This document shows, one piece after another, positions 1 to 9,004 of a stretch of 15,859 bases of DNA. Under the pieces are notes generated by a model. That model did not search any database and had not been told where the DNA came from. It worked only from the letters and a program-made list of their open reading frames with translations. Source of the stretch: Candidatus Oleincola secundus (lineage in GTDB: Bacteria > Atribacterota > Phoenicimicrobiia > Phoenicimicrobiales > Stramentimicrobiaceae); the NCBI GenBank assembly GCA_018400815.1, contig JAGYLS010000042.1:1-15859 (forward strand), written 5' to 3'. The position numbers and the translations under genes were made by a program. Numbering within the stretch: position 1 is the first letter of the stretch; every line of letters starts with the position of its first letter.

Positions 1-1
1 G

Positions 2-712
2 AAGAATTTCCTCACGTAATTTTCTCTTACTTGCTATAAAATTATCATCTACAACAAATACTCCTTCCCTCCATCCTAATTGGTATAATTTATCCAATTC
101 TTGCAGTATTTGAGTTTGTGATTTAGTCCTAATTTTATGACCAAAAAGCAATGTCACATCACAGAAATCACAGTTAAAAGGACAACCGCGGGAATATTGA
201 AGACATAATGAATTGTATTTGTTTAAATTGTCAACTAATTCCCAAGCAGGAACAGGTGAATTTTCCATATCGGCTTTCTCTTTGCTGGTATAAATCCTTT
301 TGGGATTTCCATTTTCTAAATCTCTTAAAAAATCAGGTAAGGTAACTTCTGCTTCATTTAAAACCAAATAATCAGCTCGATCAAAATCCTGATAAGAAGC
401 CGTAAAAAGAGGCCCACCGGCAACAACAATAGCATCCAATTCTTTACATCTCGCAATAAGCTCTTGGGCAGATCCTCTCTGGATGGACATTGCACCGATA
501 AAAACATAATCAGCCCATTTTATATCCCGGTCTTTCAGGTTATCACCTGCGGAAAGATCCACTAATTTTTTCTCCCATTCTGCAGGAAGCAAGGCAGCTA
601 CCGTTAATAATCCCAATGGTGGCAAGCTTGCTTTTTTGGAAACAAATTTTAGGGCATAATTATAGCTCCAGAAGGTTTCGGGATAAGCAGGATATATCAG
701 TAATATTTTCAT
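2..712 (-). CDS. B12-binding domain radical SAM protein (DUF4070-type/class B methyltransferase-like), 5' part, runs off the window
   Basis: Not in the ORF track; translated by hand. ATG at 712 with SD AAAGGAGG ~719-726; open to the edge: MKILLIYPAYPETFWSY...LPPLGLLTVAALLP...VVAGGP (B12-binding domain), then SRGCPFNCDFC (CxxxCxxC, 161-184) and FVVDDNF. Confidence 0.9.
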   Translation of the reverse strand, partial: MKILLIYPAYPETFWSYNYALKFVSKKASLPPLGLLTVAALLPAEWEKKLVDLSAGDNLKDRDIKWADYVFIGAMSIQRGSAQELIARCKELDAIVVAGGPLFTASYQDFDRADYLVLNEAEVTLPDFLRDLENGNPKRIYTSKEKADMENSPVPAWELVDNLNKYNSLCLQYSRGCPFNCDFCDVTLLFGHKIRTKSQTQILQELDKLYQLGWREGVFVVDDNFIASKRKLREEIL

Positions 713-808
713 AAATATCCTCCTTTCATTAATTTGGATATTTATCCAATTATATTTGATATCTGTGGGTAAATTTCTTAGAATCTTGATTAATTCTATT
801 TAACAATA

Positions 809-1678
809 TTATAACACTTTTTTTGATTTTTTCAGCATTATACCGGCAGCAAAGCGACCGGTATTTCTATTATCTTTTCTGCTGGAGAAAAATATTTCAG
901 AATGACAGCAGGTACAAAGCTCGGCCACTTCAATATTTTTTTCGGGTATATTGCAATCTAACAGCTGTATTTTGTTTGTCTCCCATAGATTAAGATATCC
1001 CTTTCCGTCTTTAGATATAGCTTGAACTAAATGGTCGTTTTTTGGAAATGTCTTCCTAACCTTATCTACAACCTCTGGACCAACCTGATAACAACAGGGA
1101 CCAATTGACGGACCAATAGCGCAAATAATATCCTGTGGTCTACAATCCCAATAGGACTGCATCAAAGAAACTGTCTTTTGTGTAATCAAACCGATTGTTC
1201 CTTTCCAACCTGCATGAATTAAACCGATAACCTTCTTTTCCCTATCATATAATAATACCGGTACACAATCTGCTACAAAAATAAGAAGACAAATATTTTC
1301 TTGATTTGTTATCATAGCATCATTTTCTTTTAAAGCAGTGGAAATGTTGGTAGCACCACTACCTCTTTCGGCTTGACCTACAATGGATATATTGGTTCCG
1401 TGTACCTGGTTAGAAATAGTGAAACTTTGAAGTGGTATATTCAGGGATTTTGCCAATTTAGCACGGTTTCTAAGGACATTCTCCTCTTTATCACCTACAT
1501 GGAAAGCCAGATTAAAGGTATGAAAAGGTGCCGTGCTATACCCGCCCTGTCTGGTAGTAATAAAATGAAGCACATTTTGATATTTTGATAAACCCGAAAA
1601 AAGAAAAAATGGCAAATTATTTAATTTATCTTGCTTGAGATAAATATCTGATTTAATATTACTATTTAATTCAACCAT
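809..1678 (-). CDS. pgeF: PgeF/YfiH family peptidoglycan editing factor / purine nucleoside phosphorylase-like (laccase-domain) protein
   Basis: Motifs TTRQGG, FNLAFHVGD, QVHG, ADCVP, HAGWKG, IGPSIGPCCYQV, FFSSR; His-Cys-His triad present; SD AGAGGA just upstream. Confidence 0.92.
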   Translation of the reverse strand: MVELNSNIKSDIYLKQDKLNNLPFFLFSGLSKYQNVLHFITTRQGGYSTAPFHTFNLAFHVGDKEENVLRNRAKLAKSLNIPLQSFTISNQVHGTNISIVGQAERGSGATNISTALKENDAMITNQENICLLIFVADCVPVLLYDREKKVIGLIHAGWKGTIGLITQKTVSLMQSYWDCRPQDIICAIGPSIGPCCYQVGPEVVDKVRKTFPKNDHLVQAISKDGKGYLNLWETNKIQLLDCNIPEKNIEVAELCTCCHSEIFFSSRKDNRNTGRFAAGIMLKKSKKVL

Positions 1679-1742
1679 ATTCCTCTACAATGTAAGCAGG
1701 CTCCCTTGAGGTTAAAATAAAATATAAGCTATTCTGCTTACC

Positions 1743-2468
1743 CTATTTTGATGAATCATGCTTGCCGTTAACACGTACATATTCTGATAACCAATTATGA
1801 ATGGGTGAAAAATCCTTAAAAATTTGAAAAACAAGTTTTAGTAGATTTCTATTATACAACTCGGACGGAATTGGCATCTCTGTATTAGCCAAAAGGGAAT
1901 TAAAACGAATTAATTCTTCCCTCTTATCTTGAAGTTGATATCCTTCCGGAATTCGCTTAAAGTATTCCCTGCTTACCTGATAATTAGGATTTTCCCGAAG
2001 CTTTTCAACAATAGAGACTAATTTTTCTCCGCTTTTTGGGCTAGCAACTGCTTCACGATAATCATGAAGTATCTTTCTAGAAAATGTTCTTATACCCGCA
2101 GAAAAATATAATTGGTCAGGTCTTAACTCAAAATAATAACCAGGAGACTCATTTACTTTTCGGACTCCTTGCCAGAACCATATCCCCACGTATGTTTTAT
2201 AGGGTTCTTGTTCGCTGGCGTACCTGGTATCCCGATAAATCCTGGTTATGGAACGATTTATTTTTGGATCGGCATGGATTCCGGGAGATATCTTTTTAAG
2301 TAATTCTCCCATTTCAACTACAAAGTCACTTGCCGGTTTTAATACTTTTTTATTATAGTCTTTTTTACGAGCTAAAAACCATTCACGATTATTATTTTCT
2401 TTCAAATTCTTAAGAAAAAAAACGGCTTCTGCCGAAAAACCCTCGAATTGATTGTCCTTAGATAACAT
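1743..2468 (-). CDS. DUF2461 (TIGR02453) family protein
   Basis: FLKNLKENNNREWF, RIYRDTRY..PYK and PGYY motifs typical of the family; SD GGGGGA upstream. Confidence 0.88.
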   Translation of the reverse strand: MLSKDNQFEGFSAEAVFFLKNLKENNNREWFLARKKDYNKKVLKPASDFVVEMGELLKKISPGIHADPKINRSITRIYRDTRYASEQEPYKTYVGIWFWQGVRKVNESPGYYFELRPDQLYFSAGIRTFSRKILHDYREAVASPKSGEKLVSIVEKLRENPNYQVSREYFKRIPEGYQLQDKREELIRFNSLLANTEMPIPSELYNRNLLKLVFQIFKDFSPIHNWLSEYVRVNGKHDSSK

Positions 2469-2512
2469 TTTTTATCCCCCTGTTGTATTACCTAAATATC
2501 AGAAAAAAAATA

Positions 2513-3151
2513 TTATGGTAAATTTTTATCAATTTCTTTTATTTTTTTAATCAATAATTGAGCAAGTATTTGATGATTTTCCTGGTTAAGATGAACGCCA
2601 TCTATCGGGCTTGTCTTGACACTAGAAGAAATATCCAAAAAATGACAGCGATTCTTTAAAGCAACCCCCTGATATTCCGAGGCCAGTTGTATTGACTTAT
2701 CTCTGGCATTTTGAAATGGTGAGTTGGGCAGGTTATTTTTTAAAACATAGGGAATAGAAAGTAATAAAATCTGGGGTGGAATACCATTGAAGCTACATTG
2801 AACATCTTTGATTAATCGAATCATTTTTTCCATGTTGATAACAATATCTTGAACTGAACCATGAAAATAATTCTTTAAATCATTGGTCCCCAAAAGCACT
2901 ATTACCATATCCAGGGGACGATGCGTTTCCAGGCATGGTAATAAATATTTCATCCCATTTCTTCCGGGGTGGGTTGGATCATCCCAGGCTATCGTTCTTC
3001 CATTTAAACCTTCTTCAATAATTTGGTATTCTTTTTTAAGTAATCGTGCCATTATTCCTGTCCAGCGACTATCATAATCCAATCGTTCGCCGGTGCCGGG
3101 AATGTATCCCCATGTATTGGAATTTCCATAACATAAAACTCGTTTAACCAT
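2513..3151 (-). CDS. SGNH/GDSL hydrolase (arylesterase/lipase-like)
   Basis: Block I YGNSNTWG, block II EGLNGRT, block III LGTND, block V DGVH; overlaps the upstream HD gene by 8 nt. Confidence 0.92.
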   Translation of the reverse strand: MVKRVLCYGNSNTWGYIPGTGERLDYDSRWTGIMARLLKKEYQIIEEGLNGRTIAWDDPTHPGRNGMKYLLPCLETHRPLDMVIVLLGTNDLKNYFHGSVQDIVINMEKMIRLIKDVQCSFNGIPPQILLLSIPYVLKNNLPNSPFQNARDKSIQLASEYQGVALKNRCHFLDISSSVKTSPIDGVHLNQENHQILAQLLIKKIKEIDKNLP

Positions 3152-3740
3152 TGGAATCAGAAGTCCCTTTTAACCCTATGTCATCTGCAATCTCCTGCAT
3201 GCCTTTAATGGTATCATCAATTAATTCTGATAGGTCTGTGCCAAGCATTTCTGCACCTTTTTGAATAATATCCCTATTAACCCCTGCTGCAAAACGTTTA
3301 TCCTTCCATTTCTTTTTAACAGATTTTACCTTTACATCCATCACGCTTTTAGATGGTCTTACCAATGCAGTGGTTACAACCAATCCGGTTAATTCATCAA
3401 TAGCATAGAGTGTTTTCTCTAACCTGGTTTCCGGTTTTACATCTGAACAAATCCCCCAACCATGACTAACCACAGCATGAATATAATCCTCTGGCCAATT
3501 TTTTTCCTTTAGTATTTCACGGCTTTTTGAACAATGCTGCTCGGGGTATTTTTCATAATCCAAATCATGAACCAGTCCAATAATACCCCATTTATTTTCA
3601 TCTTCGCCTTCTTTTCTGGCTATATAACGCATTACACCTTCCACAGCAAGACCATGTTTAATAAGGCTATCATCCTGGTTATACTCTTTTAATAATTGTA
3701 GGGCATCTTCTCTGGTGGGTATATATTTTTCTTTCTCCAT
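3144..3740 (-). CDS. HD-domain (HDIG-type) metal-dependent phosphohydrolase
   Basis: KHGLAVE...GLVHDLD...SHG...DELTGL..RPSK..KKKWKDKRFAAGVNR; SD GGAGG at 3746-3750. Confidence 0.88.
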   Translation of the reverse strand: MEKEKYIPTREDALQLLKEYNQDDSLIKHGLAVEGVMRYIARKEGEDENKWGIIGLVHDLDYEKYPEQHCSKSREILKEKNWPEDYIHAVVSHGWGICSDVKPETRLEKTLYAIDELTGLVVTTALVRPSKSVMDVKVKSVKKKWKDKRFAAGVNRDIIQKGAEMLGTDLSELIDDTIKGMQEIADDIGLKGTSDSNG

Positions 3741-3788
3741 ACAAACCTCCGTGTATACATTATCTATTCTCTTTTATCATTGCTATTC

Positions 3789-3797
3789 ATTATAACA
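3789..3797 (-). promoter_or_regulatory. Extended -10 promoter element (TGTTATAAT) for the HD/SGNH genes
   Basis: Minus strand TG-T-TATAAT about 50 nt upstream of the HD start; only a weak -35 (TTTTCA). Confidence 0.5.
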
Positions 3798-3841
3798 CCA
3801 GAGTATTAGAATGAAAAGCAATAAAATTATTAACCACTATA

Positions 3842-5206
3842 TCATATCTTATAGAACTCTGCTTCTTGACGAATTTTACGAATCTCGCTTCTAAGAAAAA
3901 ACCAGGTAATAATCGCAGAAAAGATATCTGCTATCGGATAAGATATCCAGATTCCCAGTAGGCCAAGTTGAGAGAGGCGAGGTAAAATAATGATAAGGGG
4001 TATAAATAGTAAAACACGGCGAAGCAAAGAAAAAACTATAGCAGGCATCGGTTTGCCCAGGGCTTGAAATAAACTTGCACCGGTTATCTGGATACTCAAA
4101 ACTGGAATACTAAAGAGAATAATCCTCATTACCGGAATGCCTGTTTGAATTACCTCTAAGTCGTTGGTAAAGATAGCAATCACCTGAGCCGGCCATATTA
4201 TCATAATAAGACAAAGAAAAGATGAAAGGATAAACAATACTTTAATGGTTAAATTTAATACTTCAAAAACTCTACTATATTGTCGGGCACCATAATTATA
4301 ACCGGCGATAGGCTGCATTCCCTGGACAACTCCAAACATGGGCATGAATAGAAACCGGGTTATTTTGATTATCACACCAATAATAATAATGGCCAGGTCT
4401 CCCCCATAAAAACGCAATGACTGATTAACCAGCAATGTAGATATGCTTCCCGCAGATAAGCGGGCAAAAGAAGGCAAACCTACAATTATAATCTCTTTAA
4501 TGATTGATAAATTAGGTTTTAAATGATGCAATTTTATCGTCAAAGTTGTTTCTTTTCCATAAATATAATGCAGAATATATAAGAATGAACAAAATTGAGC
4601 TGTTATTGTTGCCAGGGCTGCTCCCTGTATTCCCAGTTTAAATACAAAAATATAAATCGGATCCAGGATGATGTTTAAAATCGCACCTATTAACATGGAA
4701 ACCATGGCTACCCGGGCATTGCCTTCGGCACGTATTAAATTATTGGAAGAAATGGCAAAAGAAAAAAAAGTCAATCCCCATAATATAACTACAACATAAT
4801 CTCTGGCATAAGGTAAAATAGTCTGAGTGGCACCAAAAAATATCAGGATTTGCTCGATAAAAATCAGGCCAATGCCAGAAACTGTTAAAGATAAGGCAAT
4901 AATACAGAAAAACGAATTACCCACCACACATTTGGCCCGGTCAACCTTCCCGGCTCCCAGGCTCCTGGAAACAGCAGACCCTGCTCCGATTCCAATAGTT
5001 TGAGCAATAGCCACAATCAACATTTGAAGTGGAAAAGCTATGGCCAGTGCACCAATTGCTAATGAACCAACACCTCGCCCTACAAAAATAGTATCTACTA
5101 AATTGTACAGAGCATTGGCTACCATTCCTACTACTGCCGGGAAAGAAAGTCTTAAGAGTAATTTATTTATTTTTTCTTGACCTAGACGAAGAACTTTTTG
5201 TTTAAT
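3842..5206 (-). CDS. MATE family efflux transporter (MepA-like); probable ATT start at 5206 (ORF-track ATG at 5125 is internal)
   Basis: Hydrophobic two-repeat MATE pattern (YNLVDTIFVG, RAEGNA, LNIILDP, GIQGAALAT, GYNYGA, FQALGK). Frame extends upstream as IKQKVLRLGQEKINKLLLRLSFPAVVG-M, a typical MATE N-terminus, bounded by TAA at 5207-5209; SD AGGAG at 5216-5220. Confidence 0.9.
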   Translation of the reverse strand: MKQKVLRLGQEKINKLLLRLSFPAVVGMVANALYNLVDTIFVGRGVGSLAIGALAIAFPLQMLIVAIAQTIGIGAGSAVSRSLGAGKVDRAKCVVGNSFFCIIALSLTVSGIGLIFIEQILIFFGATQTILPYARDYVVVILWGLTFFSFAISSNNLIRAEGNARVAMVSMLIGAILNIILDPIYIFVFKLGIQGAALATITAQFCSFLYILHYIYGKETTLTIKLHHLKPNLSIIKEIIIVGLPSFARLSAGSISTLLVNQSLRFYGGDLAIIIIGVIIKITRFLFMPMFGVVQGMQPIAGYNYGARQYSRVFEVLNLTIKVLFILSSFLCLIMIIWPAQVIAIFTNDLEVIQTGIPVMRIILFSIPVLSIQITGASLFQALGKPMPAIVFSLLRRVLLFIPLIIILPRLSQLGLLGIWISYPIADIFSAIITWFFLRSEIRKIRQEAEFYKI

Positions 5207-5269
5207 TTAACTTTTCTCCTAAATCCAATTATAATGCTTATCTTTAAAAAATATTTAAGACAATTTAAA

Positions 5270-5298
5270 AGTATATCGAATGGAAATGAAAAAGTAAA
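5270..5298 (-). promoter_or_regulatory. Putative sigma70 promoter for the MATE gene
   Basis: Minus strand TTTACT (5298-5293) - 17 nt - TATACT (5275-5270). Confidence 0.5.
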
Positions 5299-5423
5299 GA
5301 TATTAAGAATTTTCAAATACAAATATTAGATTGATTTCAACAATATAAGCTATAAGTTTTTAAAAGAGTTGGGAATTTATTCATAAAAACAGAATTATGG
5401 AGATATAAAAATAGTTTAACTGT

Positions 5424-6515
5424 TTAGTGACCTTCGAATTCTTCTATTAAATTTTTAATCAGTTCCTTGACCGGGATAATTTCATTAATTCGATAGGCAT
5501 TTGCCCCTGCAAAGGCAAAGCCATTTTCAAAATCACCTTTTTGAGCATGAGTCAAAGCAGAAGCAATACAATAGGGTGCTGTCTTAAAATCACAGGTTTT
5601 CAGACATTTCCAATAGCATCTGAATGGTTTTTTCTTCCCTTCAAAAACCTCTTGTAAAAATTGATTCTTAATTGCTCTGCCCGGTAATCCTACAGGGCTA
5701 TTGATGATTACAAGGTCATTTTTCTTGCAATCAAGGTAACTCTGTTTAAACTGTTGAGAGGCATCGCATTCTTCAGTAGCAACAAATCGTGTAGCCATCT
5801 GTACTCCCTGAGCCCCCATTTGAAAGTAGTGAAAAATATCTGCACCGGTATAGATGCCACCGGCTACAATAACAGGAATTTTCTTGTTAAACTCTTTCTC
5901 AAACGGTTTTAATACGGAAATAATTTCGGGTAATGTTTTTTCCAGGGTATAAGCAGGATTATCAATTTGTTCTCTTTTAAAACCTAGATGCCCTCCTGCC
6001 AAAGGACCCTCCAATACAACGGCATCAGGAATATAATGATAATTTTTTTGCCAATACTGGAAGATTATCTTTGCAGCACGGGAAGATGATACAATAGGAA
6101 TAACTTTTGGTTTTCTTTCACCCATATTTTTTGGAATCAATATATCCAAATCCCTTAAAGGCAATCCTGCTCCCAGTAATACCATGTCTGCCTTTTCTTC
6201 AACTGATATCCTTACCATATCCTGAAAATCAGAAAGGGCTACCATAATATTAATACCGATAACCCCATCGGTAACTGCTCTTGCCTTTCTAATTTCTTTG
6301 CGTAAAGCTCGTTGATTAGCTTGCTTAAAATCAGTATTAAAATCGGGTTCCATCATCCCAATCCCGGCCGTAGCTATCACACCTCCACCACCGGCATTGG
6401 CCACCGCAGAAGCTAAACCGGATAAAGAAATACCAACTGCCATACCGCCCTGAATAATAGGAACCTTAATTGCCAGATCTCCGATTTTCAGTTCGGGCAT
6501 TTTTCTTTGTTTCAT
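5424..6515 (-). CDS. FabX/UfaA-like FMN and [4Fe-4S] protein of the nitronate monooxygenase/FabK superfamily (putative acyl-ACP dehydrogenase/isomerase)
   Basis: PIIQGGMAVGIS, GAGLP, IPIVSS, EGPLAGGHLGF, GVQMATRF..ECDA, SPVGLPGRAI, CxxxCxxxCx7C (5568-5618), GANAYR. Start set at ATG 6515 (alternative 6500), just after the fabZ stop; the ORF-track start at 6599 overlaps fabZ. Confidence 0.75.
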   Translation of the reverse strand: MKQRKMPELKIGDLAIKVPIIQGGMAVGISLSGLASAVANAGGGGVIATAGIGMMEPDFNTDFKQANQRALRKEIRKARAVTDGVIGINIMVALSDFQDMVRISVEEKADMVLLGAGLPLRDLDILIPKNMGERKPKVIPIVSSSRAAKIIFQYWQKNYHYIPDAVVLEGPLAGGHLGFKREQIDNPAYTLEKTLPEIISVLKPFEKEFNKKIPVIVAGGIYTGADIFHYFQMGAQGVQMATRFVATEECDASQQFKQSYLDCKKNDLVIINSPVGLPGRAIKNQFLQEVFEGKKKPFRCYWKCLKTCDFKTAPYCIASALTHAQKGDFENGFAFAGANAYRINEIIPVKELIKNLIEEFEGH

Positions 6516-6522
6516 ATCAAGA

Positions 6523-6975
6523 TTATTTTCCTTTACTAAAATCTTTTTCTTTATTTTCAATGGCAAAAATAAGTTCAGCTTCAACAGCCACTTGACCACT
6601 TACGGTAGCAATTGCCTTGCCCAGCCCAAACGGTCCTTTCCTTTTGATAATTTGTGTCTCCAATCTCAAACAATCTCCAGGAACAACTTTTCTTTTAAAC
6701 CTGGCCTTGTTAATACCACCGAAATAGACCAATTTACCCTTATTTTTCTCTTCTATTAAAATTGCAACTGCACCTACCTGTGCCAAGGCTTCAATCATCA
6801 ATACCCCGGGCATCACCATCTCGCCAGGAAAATGTCCCTGAAAAAAATATTCATTTACGGTCACATTTTTATAGCCAATTGCCTTTTCACCGGGAATAAT
6901 CTCATCAACCCGATCAATAAATAAAAAGGGGTAACGATGTGGAATTATTTTTTGAATCTCATTACAATTTAACAA
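6523..6975 (-). CDS. fabZ: 3-hydroxyacyl-ACP dehydratase FabZ
   Basis: PHRYPFLFID, FFQGHFP, MPGVLMIEALAQ; TTG start with SD AGGAG at 6986-6990. Confidence 0.96.
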   Translation of the reverse strand: MLNCNEIQKIIPHRYPFLFIDRVDEIIPGEKAIGYKNVTVNEYFFQGHFPGEMVMPGVLMIEALAQVGAVAILIEEKNKGKLVYFGGINKARFKRKVVPGDCLRLETQIIKRKGPFGLGKAIATVSGQVAVEAELIFAIENKEKDFSKGK

Positions 6976-6976
6976 T

Positions 6977-8239
6977 TTAAGTTAACTCCTTACACTCCTT
7001 ATTTGATTGCCAATTTTTTAATAAAATACTTACATTATGTCCTCCGAATCCAAAAGAATTGGATAGGGTATATTCCAAATCCCTGTTTCTTCCCTCTTTT
7101 GGTACATAATCTAAGTCACATTCCGGATCCGGGTTTTCCAAGCCGATAGTTGGGGGTATAAAACGATCCTGCATTGCTTTTATACAGACAATTGCCTCAA
7201 TTGCACCTGCTGCACCCAACATATGTGCGGTCATGGATTTGGTAGAACTGACCGGTACAGAATAGGCATGCTCATCAAAGACATTTTTAATTGCTTTCGT
7301 CTCACAAAGATCATTATAAAGTGTACCTGTACCGTGTGCATTAATATAAGATATATCCGCCGGGGTCACTCCTCCCTCAATAATAGCTTTTTCCATGGCT
7401 CTTGCACCGCCTTCTCCATTCGGATCCGGTGCGGTAATATGATAAGCATCACAGGTAGCTCCACAGCCAACAATCTCAGCATAAATCTTTGCCCCTCTTT
7501 TTTGGGCATTCTCCAATGTTTCCATAATCACAATACCTGAACCCTCTCCCATGACAAAACCGCTTCTCTCTACATCAAAAGGCAGAGAAGCTCGTTCAGG
7601 TTGATTATGAGAACACAATGCACCCATGGAAGAAAAACCGGCTACCGACAGAGGAGTTATGGCTGCTTCTGTCCCACCACATAAAATGACCGGTGCAATA
7701 CCCTGCTGCAGCAAGCGGTAGGCATAATGAATAGCCGAAGCACCCGATGCACAGGCAGTCACAACAGTTTCACAGATACCTTTTAAACCATACTTTATTG
7801 CTACATTAGCAGAGGCAATATTGGAAATGGCCATAGGGATAAAAAACGGAGAGACTCTTTTCGGACCTTTTGTGACAATCTTTTCATTTTCTTTCTCCAC
7901 GGTGGAAAAACCACCAATCCCCGTTCCGAGGATAACACCCCAATCATTTCCGGAATTCTCATTAATCTCCAAACCGGAATTTTTTATCGCTTCGTCTGCA
8001 GCAATCATGGCCATCTGGGTAAAACGGTCCATTCTTTTTCTTTCTTTAAAATCCAAAATATTTTGTTTATCTATATCTTTTACTTCTGCGGCAATCTTGA
8101 CTTTAAAATCAGAGGTATCAAAAGATTGTATAAAATCAATTCCACAATGACCTTTTTTGATATTTGACCAGAAAGTCTCAATTTCATTGCCAATCGGTGT
8201 CACGGCACCCATTCCGGTAATTACGACTCTATGTTTCAA
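6977..8239 (-). CDS. fabF: beta-ketoacyl-ACP synthase II FabF
   Basis: RVVITGMG, VSPFFIP, TACAS (Cys), NAHGTGT and HMLGAAG (His-His), SNSFGFGGHN; TTG start. Confidence 0.96.
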   Translation of the reverse strand: MKHRVVITGMGAVTPIGNEIETFWSNIKKGHCGIDFIQSFDTSDFKVKIAAEVKDIDKQNILDFKERKRMDRFTQMAMIAADEAIKNSGLEINENSGNDWGVILGTGIGGFSTVEKENEKIVTKGPKRVSPFFIPMAISNIASANVAIKYGLKGICETVVTACASGASAIHYAYRLLQQGIAPVILCGGTEAAITPLSVAGFSSMGALCSHNQPERASLPFDVERSGFVMGEGSGIVIMETLENAQKRGAKIYAEIVGCGATCDAYHITAPDPNGEGGARAMEKAIIEGGVTPADISYINAHGTGTLYNDLCETKAIKNVFDEHAYSVPVSSTKSMTAHMLGAAGAIEAIVCIKAMQDRFIPPTIGLENPDPECDLDYVPKEGRNRDLEYTLSNSFGFGGHNVSILLKNWQSNKECKELT

Positions 8240-8254
8240 TTATTAACACCACCC

Positions 8255-9004
8255 CTATATCTCCATTCCACCGTCAATCCGAAAAACTTGTCCGGTGATA
8301 TAATTTGCTTCATCTGACACTAAAAAATTTACCATATTAGCCACTTCTTCGGGTAATCCGAATCTTCCCAAAGGTATCCTGGATAGGATTTTCCCCTTCT
8401 GATCATCTGACAACCGATTAGTCATATCTGTCTTTATATAACCAGGAGCAATGGCGTTCACTGTGATATTTCTTGTCCCTATTTCCTTGGCAACCGATTT
8501 GGTAAAACCAATAATCCCTGCCTTGGAAGCAGCATAATTAGCCTGCCCGGCATTTCCGGCAATCCCTACAACAGACGATATATTAACAATTCTCCCATAA
8601 CGACCCTTCATCATTATCTTGCTGGCATATTTAGTACAATGAAAAGTACCAAGCAAATTAACGGCAATAACCTGACTAAATTCATCCTCTTTCATTCTTA
8701 ATAACAGATTATCCCTGTTAATGCCGGCATTATTTACTAAAATATCCAAACGATTAAAATTTTCCAGGGAAGACTGAATCACTTTCTGAGCATCATCCGG
8801 ATGACTGACATCTCCCCGGACAAGAACACAATGACCACCTATATCAGCTATTTTCCCGGATAAATCTAAAGCTGCTGCCTCATTTTGATAATAATTAATT
8901 ATCAGATTGGCTTCTGATTTGGCCAAACGTAACGCAATAGCCCTGCCAATCCCCCGGACTGCACCGGTTATAACTGCTGTCTGACCAGTTAATGCACTTG
9001 ACAT
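8255..9004 (-). CDS. fabG: 3-oxoacyl-ACP reductase FabG
   Basis: SDR motifs TGAVRGIG, NNAGI, YAASK, VNAIAPG..TDMT; start set at ATG 9004 with SD GGAG at 9013-9016. Confidence 0.95.
   Translation of the reverse strand: MSSALTGQTAVITGAVRGIGRAIALRLAKSEANLIINYYQNEAAALDLSGKIADIGGHCVLVRGDVSHPDDAQKVIQSSLENFNRLDILVNNAGINRDNLLLRMKEDEFSQVIAVNLLGTFHCTKYASKIMMKGRYGRIVNISSVVGIAGNAGQANYAASKAGIIGFTKSVAKEIGTRNITVNAIAPGYIKTDMTNRLSDDQKGKILSRIPLGRFGLPEEVANMVNFLVSDEANYITGQVFRIDGGMEI

Noticed and set aside
1692..1741. 8-bp inverted repeat GTAAGCAG...CTGCTTAC spanning the DUF2461-pgeF gap
   Set aside because: Short arms, long loop and no evident target duplication; compatible with chance.
5424..6515. Literal nitronate monooxygenase function, or a firm fabX symbol
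   Set aside because: Operon context and the Cys motif favour a fatty-acid role, but orthology to FabX cannot be proven without a tree, so no symbol is given.
6516..6599. Extended N-terminus of the 391-aa ORF
   Set aside because: Overlaps fabZ by 77 nt and is not family-like; homology begins near ATG 6515/6500.
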